Program-made: the position numbers and the translations under genes
Shown: positions 1 to 4,770 of the stretch, one piece after another
Position numbering within the stretch: the first letter of the stretch is position 1
How the letters are laid out: every line of letters starts with the position of its first letter
The notes under the pieces: model-generated
Database searches by the model: none
Told to the model about the DNA's origin: nothing
Seen by the model: only the letters and a program-made list of their open reading frames with translations
From: Candidatus Tremblayella phenacoccinincola
GTDB lineage: Bacteria; Pseudomonadota; Gammaproteobacteria; Burkholderiales; Burkholderiaceae
Direction of reading: 5' to 3'
Length of the DNA: 5,877 nucleotides
Assembly: GCF_009805595.3 (NCBI RefSeq)
Contig: NZ_VMQO03000007.1
Location: 1 to 5,877 of the forward strand

Positions 1-127
1 AACCTCCCTCTATATACACTACACCTACAATACACCTACACTACATCTACATCTACTTCTACTTCTACTTCTACTTCTACTTCTATACCTCTCTTCCTTC
101 TCTCACACACTCTCTCTCTCTCCCTAT
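1..127. repeat. G-free low-complexity spacer (only C/T/A on the + strand) built from nested short repeats
   Basis: No G occurs at positions 1-127; the first G is at 128. ACACCTACA occurs at 21-29 and 32-40. A hexamer array (CTACAT)x2(CTACTT)x5 covers 41-82, with a degenerate eighth unit reaching 88. Pure-pyrimidine runs at 88-104 and 110-125 are separated by ACACAC. Confidence 0.9.
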
Positions 128-131
128 GGAC

Positions 132-165
132 TGCTTAAATAGTGCATATGCTTAAATAGATACAT
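132..165. repeat. 17-bp tandem duplication (about 1.9 copies), core TGCTTAAATAG at 132-142 and 149-159
   Basis: Direct reading shows the 11-nt core is identical in both copies. Each copy is followed by a CATATG-containing tail. Confidence 0.8.
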
Positions 166-304
166 ATGGGATGAAGAAGGTTTATTATGGAGTGGTTAGA
201 TTGGGTTGCCTATAGCTAATAGCTACATATCTCTAGACAAGCTAACTAAATAGAATCCCAAGGTTTATATCTATATATCTTAATCTTAATTAAGCATAAA
301 CAGA

Positions 305-1105
305 TTATCTAAGCAACTCATTAATAGAAGTCTTAAGCAAAGTTTTCCTATCGATCCTCTTAACAATAACAGCACAACCTAGACTGTATTTCCCATCTTT
401 TATCAGACCACCTGGTACAACAACTGAGCCAGCTGGAACCCTACCATACAATACATCGTCTCTTTCCCTATCATATATCTTTGTGCTCTGTCCTATGTAA
501 ACGCCCATAGCTATCACGGAGCCCTCTTCAATAACCACTCCTTCCACTATTTCAGACCTAGCTCCAATGAAGCAATTATCCTCTATTATGACAGGCTGTT
601 CATTTAAAGGCTCCAGTACACCCCCAATTCCAACTCCTCCTGAGATGTGGACGCTTTTACCAACTTGTGCACATGAACCGATAGTAGACCAAGTATCAAC
701 CATCGTGCCTTCATCAACATATGCTCCAATGTTAATAAAGGAAGGCATTAGTACCACATTCCTGGATATAAACGAACCTCTTCTTATCGAACCAGGTGGA
801 GAGTTTCTGACTTTATGCTTTTCGGTGTGGGATATAAACTTAAGTGGTATTTTGTCATAAAAGCAAGAATAGCCAGTATCAAGTCTACATATCTTTGCAA
901 GCCTGAAATATAATAGTATTGCTTTTTTGATCCATTCGTTTACTTGCCAGACACCGTTTCTTTTTTCACATACTCTTATCTTACCAGCATCAAGCTCCGA
1001 AATAACATACTCTATAACTTCATAGGCTTCTCTGCTTTTGGCTGTGCTTTCGTATAGATGCTCTTCATTCCATATTTGTTCCACTATTCTACATACGTTA
1101 TACAT
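305..1105 (-). CDS. dapD: 2,3,4,5-tetrahydropyridine-2,6-dicarboxylate N-succinyltransferase (DapD)
   Basis: 266-aa ORF with ATG at 1105-1103 and TAA at 307-305. It is collinear over its full length with E. coli DapD as I recall it. Matching segments include the hexapeptide-repeat core [96 protein letters not shown], and the C-terminal KDGKYSL.CAVIVK...INELLR. Confidence 0.95.
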   Translation of the reverse strand: MYNVCRIVEQIWNEEHLYESTAKSREAYEVIEYVISELDAGKIRVCEKRNGVWQVNEWIKKAILLYFRLAKICRLDTGYSCFYDKIPLKFISHTEKHKVRNSPPGSIRRGSFISRNVVLMPSFINIGAYVDEGTMVDTWSTIGSCAQVGKSVHISGGVGIGGVLEPLNEQPVIIEDNCFIGARSEIVEGVVIEEGSVIAMGVYIGQSTKIYDRERDDVLYGRVPAGSVVVPGGLIKDGKYSLGCAVIVKRIDRKTLLKTSINELLR

Positions 1106-1117
1106 ATGTTTGTCAGA

Positions 1118-1126
1118 GGGGGGGGG
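1118..1126. repeat. G9 homopolymer (C9 on the dapD-sense strand) inside the purine tract AGAGGGGGGGGGAGAG
   Basis: Nine consecutive G at 1118-1126, confirmed by the GGG codons in the 1058..1273 track ORF (RGGGR). It lies 12 nt from the dapD ATG, which ends at 1105. On the dapD mRNA strand it reads CTCT-C9-TCTGACAAACAT-ATG. Confidence 0.9.
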
Positions 1127-1212
1127 AGAGTTCTTTTATGTGAATGGCTGTTGTTACCAAAGCTGTTCCCATTGATAGTCGATAACCAACTATTATATAC
1201 AGCTCCACAGTT

Positions 1213-1246
1213 CTTACTTCGATACATCGGTACTTACTTCGATACA
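1213..1246. repeat. Perfect 14-bp direct repeat CTTACTTCGATACA (1213-1226 and 1233-1246), 20-bp period
   Basis: Direct reading. It is equivalent to about 1.7 copies of a 20-bp tandem unit in the dapD/rpsB divergent spacer. Confidence 0.85.
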
Positions 1247-1318
1247 GGACAGATAGTTAAGCCACCATACTAAGAACATAACCGTTGGTGGCTGTATTGA
1301 ATACAAACTGACAAGAGC

Positions 1319-1360
1319 ATGGGGGGAAGTCCTCAGCTTATTGATATGGTTCCCCCCCAT
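1319..1360. other. GC-clamped inverted repeat or hairpin ATGGGGGGAA-N21-TTCCCCCCCAT
   Basis: The left arm (1319-1328) is the reverse complement of the right arm (1350-1360), except for one extra C (G6 versus C7). That gives a 10-bp stem with a 1-nt bulge and a 21-nt loop. No T-run follows on either strand. Confidence 0.75.
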
Positions 1361-1471
1361 ACGCTGGTTAAATAACTAATATTATACTAGCTAACTGCTA
1401 GAGCTCTGGACTTCATTGTTATATTCCAGACCTAATTACTAACATAGAGCTATACTCACTAACCTGCTAGA

Positions 1472-2101
1472 ATGACTGAAGATATTGTAAAAAAGATGTT
1501 AGAGTCAGGGGTCCATATTGGACATAGGAACTGCTTTTGGAATCCTAAGATGTTTCAGTTTATCTATTGTAAAAGACGTAGAGTCCATATCATAGACCTA
1601 GATAAAACCATTCGTATGTTCAAGAAAGCATTATTATTTGTTGAGCGGTTGGTAGTAGAAGATAAACACATATTGTTTGTGTGTACCAAATGGCAACTGC
1701 AAAGCTTCGTTGAAAAAGAGGTTTCCAGAATAAGCATGTCGTTCATTACTAAAAGATGGTTAGGAGGGACGTTAACAAACTTCAATACTATTAGCAGTTC
1801 ACCACTAAGCTTAGACGTCTCAAAAAAAGCTAAAGGATTTAAAATCAACAGAGTTCCAGATGCTGTTGTTGTTGTTGAAGCAGTAAAACATAGAATAGTA
1901 ATTAGGGAAGCTCAAAGATTACGGGTTCCTGTAATAGCAATAGTGGATACGAACTGTTCTCTGTCCGGAATAAGCTTTCCAATACCTGCCAATGATGACT
2001 CAGCTACTGCCGTACATTTGATTCTAGCTGGCATAATAAAACACATACACAAAACCAAGTGTCTAAAGGAAAAAGCAGCTAAGTTAGGAATTAACGGATG
2101 A
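1472..2101 (+). CDS. rpsB: 30S ribosomal protein S2, shortened (209 aa)
   Basis: ATG at 1472 and TGA at 2099-2101. S2 signatures are present: GVHIGH...WNPKM, VHIIDL.KT, ILFVCTK, RWLGGTLTN, PDAVVVV, VPVIAIVDTN, IPANDD. About 29 residues are missing relative to E. coli S2, between TNxxT and LPDA. Confidence 0.93.
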   Translation: MTEDIVKKMLESGVHIGHRNCFWNPKMFQFIYCKRRRVHIIDLDKTIRMFKKALLFVERLVVEDKHILFVCTKWQLQSFVEKEVSRISMSFITKRWLGGTLTNFNTISSSPLSLDVSKKAKGFKINRVPDAVVVVEAVKHRIVIREAQRLRVPVIAIVDTNCSLSGISFPIPANDDSATAVHLILAGIIKHIHKTKCLKEKAAKLGING

Positions 2102-2112
2102 ATGCTCCCTTG

Positions 2113-2244
2113 CATATAACACAACTTCCTTCAACATTAAACATATTGTTCAACAACCATAACCATACCATAAAACAAACAGACATACCCACACACACAT
2201 CCACACATCCACAGAACACAACCACAAACAACCGCTTACCTATA
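2113..2244. repeat. CA-rich, G-poor low-complexity spacer
   Basis: Only four G (2148, 2182, 2214, 2234) in 132 nt. Tandem ACACATCC occurs at 2195-2202 and 2203-2210. AAACAGA is at 2177-2183 and AACACAACC at 2215-2223. Confidence 0.85.
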
Positions 2245-2280
2245 GCAGGGGGAACCGACACCTAACTAAATAAGAACTTC

Positions 2281-2559
2281 ATGGTTACTTTAATCGTACT
2301 ACCAAACATATACTTGTGTCCACTGGGTTTGATTTTAACTGCTGTTGGTGGTATTAGCCTCTGTGATCTCATGTTGAACGAAGGCGTTAATGTTCCTCAC
2401 CTCTGTGGAAAAGCCTGTGTTTGTTCTTCATGCATAGTTAACATTAAGCAGGGAGCAGAAGTTATACGTATCGCAACCAACTCTGAAAAAGCTTTGTTAG
2501 CAACGAATAGAAGTGACTCCAGGTTATCTTGCCAAACAGTTCTAGGAAAGGCCTGCTAA
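2281..2559 (+). CDS. fdx: ISC-type (adrenodoxin-like) [2Fe-2S] ferredoxin, short form (92 aa)
   Basis: ATG at 2281 and TAA at 2557-2559. The N-terminus MVTLIVLPN..LCP.G matches E. coli Fdx MPKIVILPH.DLCPDG. The cluster-ligand pattern H-x-C42-x3-C46-x-C48-x2-C51 and RLSC84Q are all present. The C-terminal tail is about 15 residues shorter than in E. coli Fdx. Confidence 0.8.
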   Translation: MVTLIVLPNIYLCPLGLILTAVGGISLCDLMLNEGVNVPHLCGKACVCSSCIVNIKQGAEVIRIATNSEKALLATNRSDSRLSCQTVLGKAC

Positions 2560-2560
2560 C

Positions 2561-2625
2561 AGTTAAGAGTTTGCTATTGTGTTGTTAGTTGGTGTTTTGG
2601 TGTTACTTCTGTTAGCTGTTGGAAG
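2561..2625. repeat. GT-rich, C-poor low-complexity spacer (opposite polarity to the CA-rich spacers)
   Basis: Only four C (2574, 2606, 2609, 2616) in 65 nt. TTGTGTTGTT at 2577-2586 is the reverse complement of AACAACACAA at 4721-4730. A short (AACTTG)n tandem follows at 2657-2673. Confidence 0.8.
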
Positions 2626-2772
2626 CATATCTCAGCTGGATGTTATGGGTTTTGGTAACTTGAACTTGGAACTGACATACGCTGTGGACTACAATTCCTT
2701 TAATACCTAACGAGCCTAAGTTAAGGGTTCCCCAAGTCTCTAACGTATAGTTAACCTAAACTTCTTTTCAAC

Positions 2773-3684
2773 ATGCACAAGCTAACTGGTGTAATTACAG
2801 CAGTTGTTTCACCAATGTTTCCTGATGGAAGTTTAGATGTATACTCTTTCAGGAACTTTATAGAATGGCAGGTTCTTTCAGGCATTAGCGGACTAACTGT
2901 TACTGGCACTACAGGTGAAGTTTCAACTCTTTCATATGAAGAGCATATAAGCCTTGTTAAAACAACCATTGAACAAACAAAAGGTAGAGTTCCAATAGTT
3001 GTAGGTTCAGGAAGTAACTCTACGTTCGAGGCAATACATCTTACCCAAACCATCAAAGAGTTAGGAGCTGACTTTTCTTTGCAAGTTGTTCCGTATTATA
3101 ACAAGCCAACACAAGAAGGACTATACAAGCATTTTAAGAGGATTGCTGAAGCTGTAGACATGAATATCATATTGTACAATGTGGCCAGTCGAACTGGTGT
3201 TGGTTTGGCAATTGACACAATACACAGACTTTCTCAGATTCCGGGCATTGTTGGCATAAAGGAAACATCAACAAGTATGCTAAACATATACAAGCTACTA
3301 CGACTCAAAAGAGAATTGAAGGACAAGTTTGCTGTATATAGTGGAGATGATTCAACATTCTTAGGTGCATCTGAAATAGGAAGTAATGGGGTGATATCTG
3401 TTATTTCTAATATGATTCCTAAAAGTATTGTTAATCTATACCTGCTCTCTAGGTTATCCACAGGTACTAAAGATAAGCTAAAACTAAACAACATAACCTC
3501 AAAAGTATTTAGCCTGTGTAAGCTCATGTTTATAGAAACCAACCCAATCCCAGTAAAAACGATCTTAGGTAGGATTGGGCTAATAAATAGTGGAATTAGG
3601 TATCCGCTGACGCATTTAAACTACAGTCATTGTATTAAGATATTAAAAGTAATCAGAGATCTTAGCAACAGTTTGGAGGAGTAG
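2773..3684 (+). CDS. dapA: 4-hydroxy-tetrahydrodipicolinate synthase (DapA)
   Basis: 303-aa ORF with ATG at 2773 and TAG at 3682-3684, followed directly by TAA. It is collinear with E. coli DapA. Matching segments: TGTTGE, VPIVVGSGSNST.EAI.LTQ, VVPYYNKPTQEGLYKHFK.IAE, ILYNV.SRTG, GIKE (Schiff-base Lys), SGDD, GVISV, FIETNPIPVK. Confidence 0.95.
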   Translation: MHKLTGVITAVVSPMFPDGSLDVYSFRNFIEWQVLSGISGLTVTGTTGEVSTLSYEEHISLVKTTIEQTKGRVPIVVGSGSNSTFEAIHLTQTIKELGADFSLQVVPYYNKPTQEGLYKHFKRIAEAVDMNIILYNVASRTGVGLAIDTIHRLSQIPGIVGIKETSTSMLNIYKLLRLKRELKDKFAVYSGDDSTFLGASEIGSNGVISVISNMIPKSIVNLYLLSRLSTGTKDKLKLNNITSKVFSLCKLMFIETNPIPVKTILGRIGLINSGIRYPLTHLNYSHCIKILKVIRDLSNSLEE

Positions 3685-3734
3685 TAACTAACCCCTCCGT
3701 TAATAAGTCTCTGTTATTCTTTTTGGTTTCTCTT

Positions 3735-3941
3735 TTATTCTTTTGTTTGTATGTTGGATGCTTGTTTGCCTTTAGGTCCTTGAATGACATCGAATGTTAC
3801 CTTTTGACCTTCCTTTAATGTTTTAAATCCTTGAACGTTAATAGCTGAGAAATGAGCAAACAAATCTTCACCGCCTTCGTCTGGAGTAATGAACCCAAAG
3901 CCTTTTGCATCATTGAACCACTTTACAACACCAGTTGCCAT
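3735..3941 (-). CDS. cspA: Cold-shock protein, CspA family (68 aa from the ATG)
   Basis: [34 protein letters not shown]...[23 protein letters not shown] carries the RNP1 (KGFGFI) and RNP2-like (DLFAHF) motifs. I prefer the ATG at 3941-3939 to the track's TTG at 3953 because homologues begin MATG. AAGGAG lies at 3962-3957. The stop TAA is at 3737-3735. Confidence 0.93.
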   Translation of the reverse strand: MATGVVKWFNDAKGFGFITPDEGGEDLFAHFSAINVQGFKTLKEGQKVTFDVIQGPKGKQASNIQTKE

Positions 3942-3977
3942 TACAAGCCTCAACTTCTCCTTTATTACTTTAATACT

Positions 3978-3996
3978 AAAAAAAACCCATTGGTTT
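3978..3996 (-). terminator. Weak hairpin plus U8 tract just after the rpmG stop (possible leaky intrinsic terminator)
   Basis: The minus strand reads TAAACCAATGGGTTTTTTTT. AAACC pairs with GGTTT around a 4-nt loop, then a T-run follows (the A8 at 3978-3985 on the + strand). The stem has only 5 bp, 2 of them GC. Confidence 0.25.
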
Positions 3997-4159
3997 ATCT
4001 ATCTTTCTTTTCAATATACAAGACATGCTTTCCTACAATAGGGTCATATTTCATTGCTTTCAGTTTAGCTTGGCGAGTTCTGTTTTTAAAAGTTGTGTAA
4101 AAATGACCGGTGTTCTTGGTGGAAATTAACCTTATGATTACCCTGTTGTTATTAGCCAT
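3995..4159 (-). CDS. rpmG: 50S ribosomal protein L33 (54 aa); absent from the supplied ORF track
   Basis: Manual translation of the minus strand from ATG 4159-4157 to TAA 3997-3995 gives [54 protein letters not shown]. This matches E. coli L33 in TGHFYTT.KN, K.DP.V..HV.Y.E.K and in length (55 aa). Confidence 0.9.
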   Translation of the reverse strand: MANNNRVIIRLISTKNTGHFYTTFKNRTRQAKLKAMKYDPIVGKHVLYIEKKDR

Positions 4160-4358
4160 TTCGTTTCCTATATGTGTTCTTATCTAAGAAACGGAGGCCT
4201 GAGCTTGAAACCTTCCTGCGAATCCAACTGTTATCAACTTCTGACCATACTCTTTTGGAATGCAAGTTAATACTAAAGGTCCTTCTCGTTTTGTTATGCG
4301 AGAATGAAACTAAGTTTCCTTTCAGGTTCTTTTTTCGGGTTATATAACATAGCTTCAT
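4152..4358 (-). CDS. rpmB: 50S ribosomal protein L28 (68 aa)
   Basis: ATG at 4358-4356 and TAA at 4154-4152. MKLCYITRKK...SFSHNKTRRTFSINLHSKRVW....W..RKVSSSGLRFLDK parallels E. coli L28 MSRVCQVTGK...[21 protein letters not shown]......LRVSAKGMRVIDK. Its last 8 nt (ATGGCTAA) overlap the rpmG start. Confidence 0.92.
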   Translation of the reverse strand: MKLCYITRKKNLKGNLVSFSHNKTRRTFSINLHSKRVWSEVDNSWIRRKVSSSGLRFLDKNTYRKRNG

Positions 4359-4521
4359 AGTTTAGTTGTTGCTTTTAAAGATTAGTAGTTTAAACAGCTG
4401 TCTTTAGATGAAAAGAAACAACAGAAGTAAACATAGCGTTTGTATTATTGGTTTTATGTTAGAGCTTCTGGTGTATATCAAATGTATAAGAGCTAGCTAC
4501 TGATTGTATTATGGTTTTAGT

Positions 4522-4593
4522 TGAGTCGTGCAGGTATCGAACCTGCGACAGATGGATTAAGAATCCATTACTCTACCACTGAGCTAACGACCC
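4522..4593 (-). tRNA. tRNA-Lys (anticodon CUU), 72 nt, no encoded CCA
   Basis: The reverse complement is GGGTCGTTAGCTCAGTGGTAGAGTAATGGATTCTTAATCCATCTGTCGCAGGTTCGATACCTGCACGACTCA. It folds as a cloverleaf: acceptor GGGTCGT/ACGACTC, anticodon stem ATGGA/TCCAT, loop TTCTTAA, T-arm GCAGG-TTCGATA-CCTGC. It is close to E. coli tRNA-Lys outside the anticodon arm. Confidence 0.93.
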
Positions 4594-4743
4594 TTTCTCT
4601 CTTTAATATATTCTCTATTAACATGCTGCCCCCTCTCATTCTCCCTCTACCTCTACTCCTCCTACCAACCACCCACTCTCTCTTGATAAACAGAACTCAA
4701 CACATCCAAAAACACATCCAAACAACACAACCCCCTCTCTCTT
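4594..4743. repeat. C/T/A low-complexity spacer between the divergent tRNA genes
   Basis: Only four G (4625, 4628, 4685, 4693) in 150 nt. A CT-rich module at 4629-4684 is followed by a CA-rich module containing AAACAGA (4688-4694), ACACATCCAAA (4700-4710 and 4712-4722) and AACACAACC (4724-4732). C5 runs occur at 4629-4633 and 4731-4735. Confidence 0.85.
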
Positions 4744-4770
4744 GTCGAAGAACTTAGAGGCATATGTATT
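4742..4770 (+). promoter_or_regulatory. Candidate sigma70-like promoter for the Thr-Gly-Thr tRNA cluster
   Basis: TTGTCG (4742-4747), a 17-nt spacer, then TGTATT (4765-4770), about 12 nt before the tRNA 5' end. Both hexamers are imperfect. Position is the only supporting argument. Confidence 0.2.

Noticed and set aside
41-88. Possible CRISPR array or other spaced-repeat system (also considered for 5041-5105)
   Set aside because: The units are 6-13 nt and directly abutting, with no spacers of unique sequence, and no cas genes are nearby. These are micro- or minisatellites.
567-860. 97-aa + strand ORF from the track
   Set aside because: It lies entirely antisense to the well-supported dapD. 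Its translation is low-complexity (STPPIPTPP) with no recognisable motif, so it is a shadow ORF.
1058-1273. 71-aa + strand ORF spanning the dapD start and the G9 tract
   Set aside because: It overlaps the dapD N-terminus in antisense and then runs through the homopolymer and direct repeats (RGGGR, repeated LLRYIGTYFDT-like text). It has no start context or homology I can recognise.
2099-2101. TGA at the end of rpsB read as Trp (code 4-like)
   Set aside because: Read-through would add only 5 codons before a TAA. An apparently intact RF2 gene with the SPF motif is present in the same window, which argues that UGA is a stop.
1564-2124. Two minus-strand ORFs (1564..1848 and 1912..2124)
   Set aside because: Both are antisense to rpsB and have no recognisable family features.
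2197-2213. DnaA-box-like ACATCCACA x2 (plus ACATCCAAA x2 at 4702-4722) as a possible replication origin
   Set aside because: Only 7 of 9 positions match TTATCCACA, and the matches arise inside CA-rich low complexity. There is no adjacent AT-rich unwinding element or dnaA/dnaN context, and all copies share one orientation. It would be worth revisiting only if genome-wide GC skew switches here and dnaA is present.
2621-2698. tRNA-like fragment (ATCTCAGCTGGAT resembles a D-arm; GGAAG...AATTCC ends)
   Set aside because: I could not build a cloverleaf. There is no T-loop GTTCRA, the D-stem does not pair, and only 4 bp of acceptor pairing are possible. At best it is a fully decayed relic.
2751-3542. 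Minus-strand ORFs 2751..3056 and 3234..3542
   Set aside because: Both are antisense to the full-length, motif-complete dapA, so they are shadow ORFs.
3702-3724. Bidirectional terminator between convergent dapA and cspA (AATAA-GTCTCTG-TTATT then CTTTTT)
   Set aside because: The stem is 5 bp, all A-T, with a 7-nt loop, which is too weak to call.
3942-3953. TTG start at 3953 for cspA (the track's MRLVMATG...)
   Set aside because: Csp homologues begin at MATG/MSTG. The TTG is only 3 nt from the AAGGAG, which is too close. I kept ATG 3941, although its 15-nt SD spacing is also not ideal.
3852-4100. 82-aa + strand ORF
   Set aside because: It is antisense to cspA and rpmG, both of which have strong homology on the minus strand.
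4521-4757. 78-aa + strand ORF MSRAGIEPATDGLRIHYSTTELT...
   Set aside because: The first third is the classic antisense translation of a tRNA gene (tRNA-Lys). The rest is the proline/leucine-rich read-out of the CT-rich spacer.
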